NCBI GenBank assembly: GCA_964401055.1
Contig: CAYNWW010000004.1
Span: 13,390 to 77,389, forward strand
Source: an uncultured Candidatus Saccharibacteria bacterium
GTDB taxonomy: Bacteria > Patescibacteriota > JAUYIX01 > CAYNWW01
DNA: 64,000 bases
Direction: 5' to 3'
A program made the translations under genes and the position numbers. The notes under the pieces were generated by a model. That model searched no databases. It was not told where the DNA came from and saw only the letters and a list, made by a program, of their open reading frames with translations. Of this stretch, positions 1-9,507 are shown one piece after another. Positions within the stretch are counted from its first letter, which is position 1. Every line of letters begins with the position of its first letter.

Positions 1-881
1 AACAGCCGCGCTTTTCTGTCCCTCCTTATCTCGGCAAACGGCAACGCCTGGATGATCGACTCAAGTCCCATTTGTTCCAAAAATCCACCAATTTGCCAGC
101 ACCGGTTGTTAACCGGGGAATTCTCAAGCGAACGCGCAAAAATCCGCATATTCTTCTGCAAAATCCTTCGCATCGGCCTCATCACACGCGATTGTTTCTC
201 GCGCGCGCAAAGCATGTTCAGGATGACTTGCGCAGAATATTGCTCGCGCACATATTCCAGCAGCGCCTCGGCGTTTTTCTCGTTCGCATCGCGAGACGCG
301 AAACGAATTTCGAGCTTTTTATGCGATCGACGCATACGCTGACGACGGTTAAAACACACGATTTTCACCAGATCAGCACAGACCTCAGGGCGAACTTGCA
401 ATCTACAGATAAGGTGCTCGATATAATACGCAATCAGCTCTTCTAACAGAACCTCGTATTCGAAAAAGTCACGCTTTCTCCCGCCGGTCACTTCCGTCCA
501 GAGGCTTTCGCCCAAAATCTGGATGGGGAGTTGTTTTTCAAACCGATACAAGTCGTAGTCTTCTCCTACATGCTCGAGTGATTTTCGGCGCAGCTGCTCG
601 CGCTCAGCCCACCCAAAGAGTACGCAATACGCACGCTCAGCGCCTGGATGAAGGCCTCCTTCAGACCAGCTACCCCAACCTCCAGATCCGGTCTTCAATC
701 GAATCACTCGATTAAAACGCCCTCCATCGTCCTCGGAAGTCGGCTCCTTGCCAAAAAGACTCTCCAATTCCAATCGAACCATTGCCTGCAACGACTTATT
801 CAGAGAGGGGCGCACAACCAGCTCCAAAGGGGTTTGCGACAAATCTAAAACCTGAATCCCAGCGCTCAAATTCGGGCACAT
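1..881 (-). CDS. Hypothetical protein (>=293 aa, runs off the window start)
   Basis: Not in the ORF track. Manual translation from ATG at 881 (GGAGG upstream) gives MCPNLSAGIQVLDLSQTPLELVVRPSLNKSLQAMVRLELESLFGKE..., open to position 1. No recognisable motif. Confidence 0.7.
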   Translation of the reverse strand, partial: MCPNLSAGIQVLDLSQTPLELVVRPSLNKSLQAMVRLELESLFGKEPTSEDDGGRFNRVIRLKTGSGGWGSWSEGGLHPGAERAYCVLFGWAEREQLRRKSLEHVGEDYDLYRFEKQLPIQILGESLWTEVTGGRKRDFFEYEVLLEELIAYYIEHLICRLQVRPEVCADLVKIVCFNRRQRMRRSHKKLEIRFASRDANEKNAEALLEYVREQYSAQVILNMLCAREKQSRVMRPMRRILQKNMRIFARSLENSPVNNRCWQIGGFLEQMGLESIIQALPFAEIRRDRKARL

Positions 882-981
882 GACTCAAATTCCTCCGTTG
901 TTTATCCTCAAGACACCTGTCTTCAGGACGAGGTATTTAAGCACGCGTTGATAGATTTTGCAAGAGGCGAGTCTGTGAGCT

Positions 982-1010
982 TTGACAAAGTATAAATAAA
1001 ATGATATAAT
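982..1010 (+). promoter_or_regulatory. Consensus sigma70 promoter with extended -10
   Basis: TTGACA (982-987), 17 nt spacer, TATAAT (1005-1010) preceded by TG. Lies upstream of the SpoIID-domain gene. Confidence 0.85.
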
Positions 1011-1109
1011 GTATCTAGTTCCTGAGGTTCCGCGACCAAAATCTGTCGCCCAGCTCTCAGCACCCAAAAATGCCGCAAAAAAAACAGCTCAAAAACAAAC
1101 ACAAAACAT

Positions 1110-2687
1110 ATGTCCGTTCCCGCTCCTGGAGCACAATTTAGCCAGATGCTGGCGCAGGCGCCTCCGCAGTCACTGGCGCAAGAAAACCTGCAAGATACAC
1201 CGGAAATCCGTTATTCCCGGGTGTTGTTTTTTGTCTCGGTGAGTTTGTTGGCACTGGTGCCCTTGGTTTGGGCCGCGCGCGAACCCCAGGCCCTGGTACG
1301 CGGCGTCGGACTCGAATCCAGTGTGGCTGCGCTCACATTTCACTCTAGTGCAACTCCACCGGCAACAACACCTGTCGCGCCCCAGCCGACTCGCGATTAT
1401 GAAGCGAAAAAAGTCGGCCAAAGCGTCACCGCGCTCACGCTCAAGCCACGCGAAAAAATTCGCGTCTGGGTGGATTTTCGCAATGCAGGCCGCGTGACGT
1501 GGTTGCGCGAAACCGCGAGCGGTTCAGATTTTATCGCCATCAACTCGCTCAACGCAGACCCAATCACCGGCATCGACCCGTTTCGCGCGCCCGACTGGGA
1601 TCTCGCATACAATCACTACGCATTCCGCCCCGGCCGCATGAGCCAGACTTCGACCGCCCCCGGCGCCACTGCGCGATTTTACATCACCCTTCAAGCGCCA
1701 CTCACACTTGGCACATACACGGAAAAATTCACCTTGGTCGCGGAAAACCGCGAAGCCATCACCGGCGGCACGTTCACGCTTCCGGTCACCGTAGTCGCCG
1801 ATACCGCAGCCGCCATCGACCGCGCACACAAAGGCGAAACCGTACGCGTGGGAATTTGGAATACCGAAAAACCGGTACAAATCAGCTCAGCCGCCGCATT
1901 TACCGCATTGGATGCCGCAAAAAAACCACTGCGCACCTACGCAGCGGATGAAATCGCCACCGTACAATATGTCGCCGCGACAAAAGCGTATCTCCTTGAC
2001 GGCGCGATCGTGGCGTCTGCGTATGTGACCTTCGAACCCACACCTGGAGAATTTATCGAAATCGTCAACTATCCCGGCCGCGCAAGTACAACCTCGGCAT
2101 ACAATGATAATTATTTCCCGGGCAAACTCGAATACCGCCACTCGTCGCTGTCCGGCCGCACCTGGGTCATCAACACGCTCTCACTCGAAGCCTACGTCCG
2201 CGGAGTGGGCGAGGTGTCCAACGCAACACCGCACGAAATGCAAAAAGCCATGACCATCGTCGAGCGCACCTATGCCGAATACCACCGCCGCCGCGCGACC
2301 AAACACGCGAGCGACTTTTTCCACGTCGATAACAGATACGACCAAGTCTACAAAGGCGCCGGATTTTCTTTTCGCAATCCGCTCGTCGCGACCGCAGCCG
2401 TAGAAACCGCCGGCTCCATTGTGACTTACCAAGGCGCGCTCGCCATCACGCCGTATTTCAGTCGCAGCGATGGCCGCACGCGCTCATATCGCGAAGTGTG
2501 GGGCGGCGCCGGTCTGCCATGGCTCGTGGGTGTCGATGTACCCCAAAGCAAAGGCCAGCCGCTCCTCGGCCACGGCGTGGGCATGGATGCGTATGCAGGC
2601 GTGCAAATGGCTGCAAAGCAAAATGCGACCGCGGCAACAATTTTGCAATATTTTTATACCGGAACCACGCTCACAAAAATCTACTAA
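1110..2687 (+). CDS. Exported SpoIID/LytB-domain peptidoglycan hydrolase with an NBR1-type Ig-like domain
   Basis: N-terminal hydrophobic segment. 'VDFRNAGRVTW...PGATARF...APLTLGTYTEKF' fits the Ig-like domain. 'VINTLSLEAYVRGVGE...DQVYKG...YFSRSDGRT...GHGVGM...ILQYFYTG' fits SpoIID. Confidence 0.85.
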   Translation: MSVPAPGAQFSQMLAQAPPQSLAQENLQDTPEIRYSRVLFFVSVSLLALVPLVWAAREPQALVRGVGLESSVAALTFHSSATPPATTPVAPQPTRDYEAKKVGQSVTALTLKPREKIRVWVDFRNAGRVTWLRETASGSDFIAINSLNADPITGIDPFRAPDWDLAYNHYAFRPGRMSQTSTAPGATARFYITLQAPLTLGTYTEKFTLVAENREAITGGTFTLPVTVVADTAAAIDRAHKGETVRVGIWNTEKPVQISSAAAFTALDAAKKPLRTYAADEIATVQYVAATKAYLLDGAIVASAYVTFEPTPGEFIEIVNYPGRASTTSAYNDNYFPGKLEYRHSSLSGRTWVINTLSLEAYVRGVGEVSNATPHEMQKAMTIVERTYAEYHRRRATKHASDFFHVDNRYDQVYKGAGFSFRNPLVATAAVETAGSIVTYQGALAITPYFSRSDGRTRSYREVWGGAGLPWLVGVDVPQSKGQPLLGHGVGMDAYAGVQMAAKQNATAATILQYFYTGTTLTKIY

Positions 2688-3250
2688 AATCCCAACGCGG
2701 GCGCATCGCCGACAGCACGTGCACGTTCTACCAACTGCACATGCGCACCTTCTTCGACAGAACCATCACGAATCACCAGCGCGTCAGTGCGAATTTCAAT
2801 CACTGCGGTGCGCCCGATCAACAGTTCTTTGGTGGCACGAATTTCGTCCAAACTCAAGCGCGCCGGATGGCGCAACAACTCAGCAATACGTCGGGAAAAT
2901 TCGGGCTTCACGCGATACTGCACGATATCCCAACTCGTCGAGTCCACCACAAATTCCATCACAGTGCCGATCCGCTCATCGCCCCACGTCAACACCGGAA
3001 GTCCGACGAGCTCGACATGTGCGTCGCGCGAGGCCGTGCTTGGAGAAGGAGACACAAGGAGTTTGCCATCAGATTCCACAATCACATCACCCGCGCTCAC
3101 CGCACGATCGCCGATCACCAGACCGACTACCACGCCCCGCAAACGATCAATCAAAAAACCGGAACACATCCGGCTCTTTTTTTGCGCAGCACCATCCTCG
3201 CCGCGCGCTACCACCTGATATTTCACCACATCGCGAGAAGAAATCAGCAT
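2684..3250 (-). CDS. PRC-barrel domain protein
   Basis: Tandem PRC-barrel pattern 'LVGLPVLTWGDERIGTVMEFVVDSTSWDIVQYRV'. Confidence 0.65.
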   Translation of the reverse strand: MLISSRDVVKYQVVARGEDGAAQKKSRMCSGFLIDRLRGVVVGLVIGDRAVSAGDVIVESDGKLLVSPSPSTASRDAHVELVGLPVLTWGDERIGTVMEFVVDSTSWDIVQYRVKPEFSRRIAELLRHPARLSLDEIRATKELLIGRTAVIEIRTDALVIRDGSVEEGAHVQLVERARAVGDAPALGF

Positions 3251-3259
3251 ATCCGCGAC

Positions 3260-3805
3260 CTACGCCTCGACAGGTTGCGCCGCGGCTTCTATCTCTTGTG
3301 CAATTTCCGCAAACGAACGCGCATCGGCGGTAGATTTTACGACAATACGTCGATTGGGATCCTGACCAAGACTTTCCGCCACCAAGCCTTCACGGCCGAG
3401 CAATTCCATGTGCACCACGCGCCGCTCATACGACGACATCGGGCGCATTGCCTCAAACGTGCCGGATTCGGACACGCGCAATGCCACATCAGCGGCAAGT
3501 GATTTCAAGTATTCAATGCGTTTGGTTTTGTATTCGTTAACATCGAGAATAAAATTGAGCCGCGCGAGCGCCTCGTCGGTTTTGTACAAATTGCGCACCA
3601 TCAGTCGTGCAATGTATTGCAATGCTTGCAGGTTGGCGCCTTGCTGGCCGATCAACAAACTCGGGTTTTTGACTTTAATATTGATCACGATCAGTTCGCG
3701 ATCGTTATCGCTGCGAATACTTTCCGAAAGCTGCGCATCCACGCCCAGGCGTGCAAGCAATTCAGCAACTATCGTTTTGAGTTGGTCAATCGGTTGCGAA
3801 TCCAT
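3260..3805 (-). CDS. jag: Jag/EloR (KhpB) RNA-binding protein, KH + R3H
   Basis: KH motif 'LLIGQQGANLQALQY' and R3H motif 'MSSYERRVVH...ESLGQDPNRRIVV'. Follows yidC. Start placed at the ATG at 3805. Confidence 0.92.
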   Translation of the reverse strand: MDSQPIDQLKTIVAELLARLGVDAQLSESIRSDNDRELIVINIKVKNPSLLIGQQGANLQALQYIARLMVRNLYKTDEALARLNFILDVNEYKTKRIEYLKSLAADVALRVSESGTFEAMRPMSSYERRVVHMELLGREGLVAESLGQDPNRRIVVKSTADARSFAEIAQEIEAAAQPVEA

Positions 3806-3825
3806 GAGGGTGAAATTAGCGACTG

Positions 3826-4572
3826 TTAAGCGGTTTTCCTCATTATATACCATTGCTGACCTATTGCAAACAACGTGGACACCGTCCAATACAGCGCAAG
3901 TCCGGCCGGCAGGCTAAATCCGATCACCGCGGTCATCACCGGCATCACATACGTGAGTTGTGTGTTCACCATCGAGCTAATTCCCGGATCAGCCGGCTTT
4001 TTGTCATCCTTTGATCCAACCACCACCGGCTGCGACGCTTTTTTTGCTTTTTGCTGGGCTTGCATCATTTTTGACTGGACAAATTGCAAAGCACCCGCGA
4101 CCAGCGCCAACACCTTGCTCGGCGCATTGAGTGCAACTACGCCAAGAAGAGTGGTCGATAACGCGCCCGGATTGTGCACAAATGAATACAACGAGCTGAG
4201 ATTCTCTGCGTGAAATCCAAAGTTAAACACCTGATACAAAGCGATCAAGATAGGGAGCTGAATCAATAGCGGAAGGCACGAAGACAGGGGATTTACTTTG
4301 TGCTCGCTATACAGCTTCATCAACTCGGCGCTTTGTTTCTGCTGGTCGTCTTTATATTTTTTGCGCAGCTCGTCCATCTTGGGCTGCAAATCCTGAAGCG
4401 CTTTTTGCGACTTGATCGACTGAAGCGACAGCGGGAAGAGCGCGAATTTGATAATCAACGTGATCAAAATAATCGTCACGCCAAAATCATGGCCAGGCAC
4501 GAGGTTGTACAAAAACACAAGAAGGTTAAACAACGGTTGCGTAAGAGCGGTGAAAAAAATACCGGATTGCAT
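3826..4572 (-). CDS. yidC: Membrane protein insertase YidC (short form)
   Basis: 'IILITLIIKFALFPL...LQPKMDELRKKYKDD...NPLSSCLPLLIQLPILIALY...PAGLALYW'; canonical synteny. Confidence 0.96.
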   Translation of the reverse strand: MQSGIFFTALTQPLFNLLVFLYNLVPGHDFGVTIILITLIIKFALFPLSLQSIKSQKALQDLQPKMDELRKKYKDDQQKQSAELMKLYSEHKVNPLSSCLPLLIQLPILIALYQVFNFGFHAENLSSLYSFVHNPGALSTTLLGVVALNAPSKVLALVAGALQFVQSKMMQAQQKAKKASQPVVVGSKDDKKPADPGISSMVNTQLTYVMPVMTAVIGFSLPAGLALYWTVSTLFAIGQQWYIMRKTA

Positions 4573-4581
4573 GAGGTAAAA

Positions 4582-4878
4582 TTAACTAATAGAAGAAGTG
4601 CGGCTGCGTGCAGGCGGGACGTCGTCCTCACCCCCGGAATTCCACGGATTGCAGCGGGCGATGCGCCACGCGACGAGTGCGCCACCCTTGATGACGCCAA
4701 ATCGTTCGATCGCTTGTGCACCGTACATGGAGCAGCTGGGCGAAAAACGACAGTAGCCGTACGGAAAAAACACTTTGAGCGGGCCGTGGTCAAACGACAA
4801 CGTGTGCTGGTACACCCAAATCAATGCGAGCACCACGCGCCGCGGAATTTGCGTAAGCGTGAAAAAGATTTTTTTCAT
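4582..4878 (-). CDS. yidD: Membrane protein insertion efficiency factor YidD
   Basis: 'CRFSPSCSMYGAQAIERFGVIKG...RIARCNPW..GG.D.VP'. Confidence 0.95.
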   Translation of the reverse strand: MKKIFFTLTQIPRRVVLALIWVYQHTLSFDHGPLKVFFPYGYCRFSPSCSMYGAQAIERFGVIKGGALVAWRIARCNPWNSGGEDDVPPARSRTSSIS

Positions 4879-5222
4879 ACAGACACTCCGGTGCGAATCC
4901 GCGCCAGACACTGGCTCAAATCATGCACCAACACATCACCGGGCTGGCCAATTATTCCGGCAGATGCCCACACAATAATATCATATCCGGGTGCGATTGT
5001 CGGCAGCATCGGACGGACAGCTTCGCGCAGCAAGCGCTTGACGCGATTGCGGGCAGTGGCACGCTTGCTGATTTTGTTGGAAACAATAAAGGCAAACCGA
5101 GTGGTCGGCTTGCCAGTTTTGACCGCGCTGATTTGAAGATAGCGTGCGCGAGAGCGAGTTCCGCGCCTCATGCAGTGCTGGATATCGGCGCTTTTTTGCA
5201 AACGAAACGGGCGCGCGAGCAC
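4875..5222 (-). CDS. rnpA: Ribonuclease P protein component
   Basis: RNR motif 'RFAFIVSNKISKRATARNRVKRLLRE'; located between rpmH and yidD. Confidence 0.95.
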   Translation of the reverse strand: MLARPFRLQKSADIQHCMRRGTRSRARYLQISAVKTGKPTTRFAFIVSNKISKRATARNRVKRLLREAVRPMLPTIAPGYDIIVWASAGIIGQPGDVLVHDLSQCLARIRTGVSV

Positions 5223-5230
5223 AGGCGCGA

Positions 5231-5365
5231 TTAGACCGTAAGTTTTGCGCGGCCTTTTTTGCGTCGGCGCTTCAAAACTTTGCGACCATTGAGAGTCAAC
5301 ATGCGCTTGCGAAAGCCATGTGTGCGCTTGCGCTTGATCTTTTTTGGCTGATACGTGCGTTTCAT
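5231..5365 (-). CDS. rpmH: 50S ribosomal protein L34
   Basis: Manual translation [44 protein letters not shown] (44 aa, below the ORF-track cutoff). Confidence 0.98.
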   Translation of the reverse strand: MKRTYQPKKIKRKRTHGFRKRMLTLNGRKVLKRRRKKGRAKLTV

Positions 5366-5393
5366 AAATATCGTTAATTAACGGACACTGATG

Positions 5394-5422
5394 AATTTAT
5401 CAGAAAAATGGCGGGGCGTCAA
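5394..5422 (-). promoter_or_regulatory. Putative rpmH operon promoter
   Basis: Minus strand TTGACG, 17 nt spacer, TAAATT preceded by TG. Confidence 0.65.
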
Positions 5423-5492
5423 CAGTGTAACGCGATTTGACGATATCATCCCTTCATGGTAAAAATACCCTCCTATAGAGGAGGAACTCATC

Positions 5493-5852
5493 GTGAACAC
5501 CGGTCTTGCAAATCCAGAAGTCGTTGCGCGCACCCTGCTTGATCAGCTAACCGCTTTGGGCGAAGGCATTATTACGCGCATCAACGAGGCGTCCGCAAAC
5601 CTGAAAGGAGTTATCGACATCGAACACACAGATGGCGGATGCATCATCTGCAGAAGTCCAGACAAAGCAAGTCGACACCTCATCGGGGTCGATTGGAAAC
5701 GTGTCGCTGGCGCAACTGTACATCGCAATGCAGAAGACGAGGGCCAATCAGTTGTAACTGTCAAAAATGCAGCTGGCGCAGTCTTGTTGCAGATTATGTA
5801 TCCAGGAGAATACTTTAACCGTATTGACGCTTATCTGAAAGGTTGCCGATGA
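5493..5852 (+). CDS. Hypothetical protein
   Basis: GAGGAGG SD before a GTG start, 119 aa. ATGA overlap with the next ORF. Confidence 0.7.
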   Translation: MNTGLANPEVVARTLLDQLTALGEGIITRINEASANLKGVIDIEHTDGGCIICRSPDKASRHLIGVDWKRVAGATVHRNAEDEGQSVVTVKNAAGAVLLQIMYPGEYFNRIDAYLKGCR

Positions 5853-6127
5853 AAGCACGGCTGATTGCTCTAGTGCCTTCCAAGGAAGACCCGACAATTC
5901 TCGCGCGAATACTTTGCTGGAAAAATCGGAGTCATATCGCAATCATCCCGGCGTTTAATAGCAAGGGAGAATTGTACAACTGGCACTTCGCATTTACGTG
6001 CTGTTGGAACAACCACGCCATTTTCGACTCGCGGTCCATACCCATCAAAGGCGACATACTGTATCCTATTCCCGAGCACATACGAGACGAATTCCTGAGA
6101 AAAATTAGGCACCCCCAAGCTCGATAA
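5849..6127 (+). CDS. Hypothetical protein
   Basis: ATG at 5849 overlaps the upstream TGA (translational coupling); followed by a terminator hairpin. Confidence 0.6.
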   Translation: MKARLIALVPSKEDPTILARILCWKNRSHIAIIPAFNSKGELYNWHFAFTCCWNNHAIFDSRSIPIKGDILYPIPEHIRDEFLRKIRHPQAR

Positions 6128-6146
6128 TCATCGGGCTTTTTCTTTT
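6118..6146 (+). terminator. Rho-independent terminator
   Basis: AGCTCGAT-aatc-ATCGGGCT followed by TTTTCTTT. Confidence 0.6.
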
Positions 6147-6156
6147 CCCCAGATCC

Positions 6157-6382
6157 TGTGGATAGTGTGCATGACTTGGGGAAACATATACACAACGCGC
6201 ACCCGCTCGAGCACAAGCTTTATCCGCAGTTTCCACAAGTTATCCACAAACTTATCCACTTATACACAGAGTTGTGCACATGCTCTGGGGAGATCGTGGG
6301 GAAAATACAAAAAATCCGCGCAGAAAAAGGAAAAAATTTGTGGATTTGCTTTTCCACCGCTCTCATGTAAACTTGTGGATAA
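6157..6382. promoter_or_regulatory. oriC part 1: DnaA-box cluster upstream of dnaA
   Basis: Perfect TTATCCACA at 6240-6248 and TGTGGATAA at 6374-6382, TTATACACA at 6260-6268, and near matches at about 6157, 6186, 6220, 6229, 6252, 6339 and 6350. Confidence 0.9.
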
Positions 6383-6442
6383 GACGCGGAGAGAAAATTT
6401 TGAAATACAACGTAACGTGAACAATAAGGTGGGTGTATTTGT

Positions 6443-7987
6443 ATGACGAATCAAGAAATTTGGAAAGCGGCGCTCGGAGAACTTGAACTGACAGTCAGCA
6501 AAGCAATGTTTTCGACGTGGTTCAAAGACACGTTTATCTTGACCAGTGAAAATGGCAACGTGACCGTGGGCGTGCCCAACGGATTTGCGAAAGAATGGCT
6601 CGAAGGCAAGATGAAAAAAGAAGTCTTCCGCGCATTGCAACACGTGACCAACAACGGCGTACGCGAAATCAAATACCAAATCACCAGCCAAGCCCAGCCA
6701 CAAACGCCGCAACAACAAGTCCAGCTCCGCCAGCCAGTCGTCTCAATGACACAACAATCAGTTTCTTCAGCCGGCGCGGCAGCTGCCGCAATTGCATCTG
6801 CGGTTGCCACGCGTCCGTCACAGCCAACCGTTCATATTACCATTCCGGCCACCGCATCACATGCGCAATCAGGCAATGGTGGCATGCATACCCAAAGTGC
6901 GTCAGCGGCGCAATCCGGCGGCACTCAGACGCAGTCGCACACCCAAGCCAATGATTATTTTTCCACCAACCTCAACCCCAAATACCGCTTCGAATCATTT
7001 GTGGTCGGCAGCAACAACGAACTCGCGCGCGCAGCGTGTCTTGCGGTCGCCAACAACATTGGCCACTCGTACAATCCGCTCTTTATCTACGGCGGCGTGG
7101 GTTTGGGCAAAACGCACCTGCTCCAAGCAGTCGGCAATGCAATCCTTGAAAAAGATCCAACCAAAAAAGTTCGCTACGTTTCGAGCGAACATTTTACCAA
7201 CGAAGTAGTCGAAGCTATTCGCAAGCAAACCATGTCGCAGGTAAAAGAGAAGTACCGCCAGGTGGATTTGCTCATCATCGACGATATCCAATTCCTTGCG
7301 ACCAAAGAAAAAACGCAGGAAGAATTTTTCCATACCTTCAACACGCTTTACGAAGCCAACAAGCAGATCATCATTTCGAGCGACCGTCCGCCCAAAGCCA
7401 TCCCAACACTCGAGGCGCGCTTGCAGTCGCGATTTGAAGGCGGCATGATTGCGGATATCGGCGCGCCGGATCTCGAGACGCGGATTGCGATTTTGCAGAA
7501 AAAGGCGATTGAAAAAAATTTCCCGGTGCAGGAAGGCGTCTTGAGCTATATCGCGAGCCACATCCAAAACAACGTGCGCGAACTCGAGGGCGCTATGAAT
7601 CGCGTGATTGCGCAGTGCCAGATCGAGCATCTCGAGCCGACACTGGAAAATGCCAAAAGCGTGCTCAACAACATCACCTCGGCGCCGTCGAAAAAAGCTA
7701 CGTCCGTGGAACGAATTATCGACGCCACGGCCGGATATTATCATTGCAACAAAGAAGACCTGGTGGGCAAGAGTCGCAAAAAAGAAATCGTGCGTCCGCG
7801 CCAAGTGGCCATGTATTTGCTGCGCGAAGAATTCAAGGCAAGCTTCCCGCAAATCGGCCAAGAACTGGGCGGCAAAGATCACACCACGGCCATGCACGCC
7901 TACCAAAAAGTAAAGTCGGCGGTCGACAATGAAGACGCAATCCGCCAAGATATTGACTTAATTCGCCAAAGATTGTACTCTGAATAA
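6443..7987 (+). CDS. dnaA: Chromosomal replication initiator DnaA
   Basis: Walker A 'YNPLFIYGGVGLGKTHLL', 'DLLIIDDIQF', 'RELEGA', domain IV 'IGQELGGKDHTTAMHA'. Confidence 0.99.
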   Translation: MTNQEIWKAALGELELTVSKAMFSTWFKDTFILTSENGNVTVGVPNGFAKEWLEGKMKKEVFRALQHVTNNGVREIKYQITSQAQPQTPQQQVQLRQPVVSMTQQSVSSAGAAAAAIASAVATRPSQPTVHITIPATASHAQSGNGGMHTQSASAAQSGGTQTQSHTQANDYFSTNLNPKYRFESFVVGSNNELARAACLAVANNIGHSYNPLFIYGGVGLGKTHLLQAVGNAILEKDPTKKVRYVSSEHFTNEVVEAIRKQTMSQVKEKYRQVDLLIIDDIQFLATKEKTQEEFFHTFNTLYEANKQIIISSDRPPKAIPTLEARLQSRFEGGMIADIGAPDLETRIAILQKKAIEKNFPVQEGVLSYIASHIQNNVRELEGAMNRVIAQCQIEHLEPTLENAKSVLNNITSAPSKKATSVERIIDATAGYYHCNKEDLVGKSRKKEIVRPRQVAMYLLREEFKASFPQIGQELGGKDHTTAMHAYQKVKSAVDNEDAIRQDIDLIRQRLYSE

Positions 7988-8012
7988 TCTGAGACGCCAA
8001 AGAGGCGCGAAG

Positions 8013-8275
8013 ATATCCCCAGTTTTGTGGATAACCTGTGGAGAAGTGGTAAAAGATGGGGATAAGTTGGGCAGTTGTGCCCAGAATATCCTCAGGCCGC
8101 TGCGGGACAATACAGCTGCGTCCCTGTTACCCCCAATTCGTCCTCAGATTGTCCGGATGTGAATCCCCGGGTTGTGCCCAGGCTCGATTGGCGGTCAGCA
8201 CACAAAAAAGTGCGTTTTCCCCACAATCCACAGCACTACTCCTATAATAACTACAATTATTTATATATAAGAAAG
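8013..8275. promoter_or_regulatory. oriC part 2: DnaA boxes, DnaA-trios and AT-rich unwinding element
   Basis: TGTGGATAA at 8026-8034, near matches at 8037 and 8057. Tandem TTCCCCACA/AATCCACA at 8217-8232 is followed by CTA/ATA triplet repeats and an AT-rich run just before dnaN. Confidence 0.88.
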
Positions 8276-8295
8276 AAAAAACGCTTAGGGTGGAT

Positions 8296-9399
8296 ATGAA
8301 ATTATCTTGCACACAGGAAAACTTAAATAGAGGATTATCAATTGTTGGACGGACGGTAAGCTCAGACAATGCATTACCGGTGTTGAGCAATGTGTTGTTG
8401 CGCGCAGAAAAGGGTCGATTGCAATTGTCAGCGACGGATTTGGAAATCGGCGTGGTGTGCGTGATCGGTTGTCGGATTGATGAAGATGGCGCGATTACAG
8501 TGCCGGCCCGTTTGTTAACTGAATACGTGAGTTCGCTGCCGGAAGGCACGATTGAAATCGAGCTGAAAAAGCAAGACCTGCATTTGTCGCTCGGCGAATA
8601 CAAAGCGACTATCAAGGGCGTGGATGCGGAGGAATTCCCGTTGATCCCCAAAATCGCAGAAGAGCCGGTGATGGAAATCGAAGCGCCGCAGTTGCGTGAT
8701 GCGATTGGCAAAGTGGTGTTTGCTACGACTGCTGACGAATCCCGACCGGAAATCGCGGGCGTATTTATGCGCGAAAAAGACGGCGCGCTCTACGTGGTCG
8801 CAACCGATAGCTATCGTTTGGCGGAAAAACGCGTCGATGGCGTGACCATGTTGAAAAAAGCGCACGATATTATTATTCCGGCAAAAACGCTGCAAGAAGT
8901 CTATCGGATTTTGGACGGGGTGACGGAAAAAGTGCGGATTTCGCTGTCGGAAAACCAGATTTTGTTTACCACGACCGAGATCGAGCTGATTTCGCGCTTG
9001 ATCGAAGGCCAATATCCGGATTATGAGCAGATCATGCCGCGCAAGCATGAGACTGAAATCACGCTCGATGGCCGCGAATTTTTGAAAACCATCAAGATCA
9101 CCAGTTTGTTTTCCCGCTCAGGTGCCAACGATATCAAGTTTGAATTCGATCCAGAGACCGACGAAATGGTGCTGCTCGCGGTGTCTGATCAGGTGGGCGA
9201 GAATATTTCTCGTTTCAAAGTGAAAACCACCGGCTCAAAAGGTAGCATCGTGTTCAGCTATCGCTATTTGATTGACTGCATCAACAACATGCGGGGCGGC
9301 GCGATTATGCTCGAAATTGGTGCCGACAACGCGCCGACCCTGATGAAGGTCGCGGGCACGGATGATTATCGCTATATTATTATGCCGATCAAGCAGTAA
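8296..9399 (+). CDS. dnaN: DNA polymerase III beta sliding clamp
   Basis: 'LPVLSNVLL...ATDLE...ATDSYRLA...SRLIEGQYPDY...YIIMPI'. Confidence 0.99.
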   Translation: MKLSCTQENLNRGLSIVGRTVSSDNALPVLSNVLLRAEKGRLQLSATDLEIGVVCVIGCRIDEDGAITVPARLLTEYVSSLPEGTIEIELKKQDLHLSLGEYKATIKGVDAEEFPLIPKIAEEPVMEIEAPQLRDAIGKVVFATTADESRPEIAGVFMREKDGALYVVATDSYRLAEKRVDGVTMLKKAHDIIIPAKTLQEVYRILDGVTEKVRISLSENQILFTTTEIELISRLIEGQYPDYEQIMPRKHETEITLDGREFLKTIKITSLFSRSGANDIKFEFDPETDEMVLLAVSDQVGENISRFKVKTTGSKGSIVFSYRYLIDCINNMRGGAIMLEIGADNAPTLMKVAGTDDYRYIIMPIKQ

Positions 9400-9450
9400 C
9401 GCGGTGCGTGACGCCGACGTGGCGCGCGTTTGGGGTGCATAACTCTGTGT

Positions 9451-9480
9451 AAAAATACCTCATGATGGGGGTATTTTTTT
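9451..9480. terminator. Probable bidirectional terminator between dnaN and the convergent phosphatase gene
   Basis: AAAAATACCTC...GGGGTATTTTT stem with A and T tracts on either side. Confidence 0.65.
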
Positions 9481-9507
9481 ATCCCCACGTTGAGCGGCTT
9501 TTCCCCA

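Noticed and set aside
796-879. Apparent in-frame TAA or readthrough near the start of the first ORF
   Set aside because: It belongs to a different short frame; the ATG-881 frame is open to the window edge.
2470-3502. Long + strand ORFs (287 and 334 aa) over the PRC-barrel and jag genes
   Set aside because: They are Arg/His-rich translations typical of non-coding frames, and the minus-strand genes have clear motifs.
6995-7948. 317-aa antisense ORF inside dnaA (likewise 50363-51376 and 51656-52510 in clpC, 61326-62918 and 62924-63877 in valS, 16905-17828 in tyrS)
   Set aside because: These are shadow frames of well-conserved genes, with no motifs or initiation signals.
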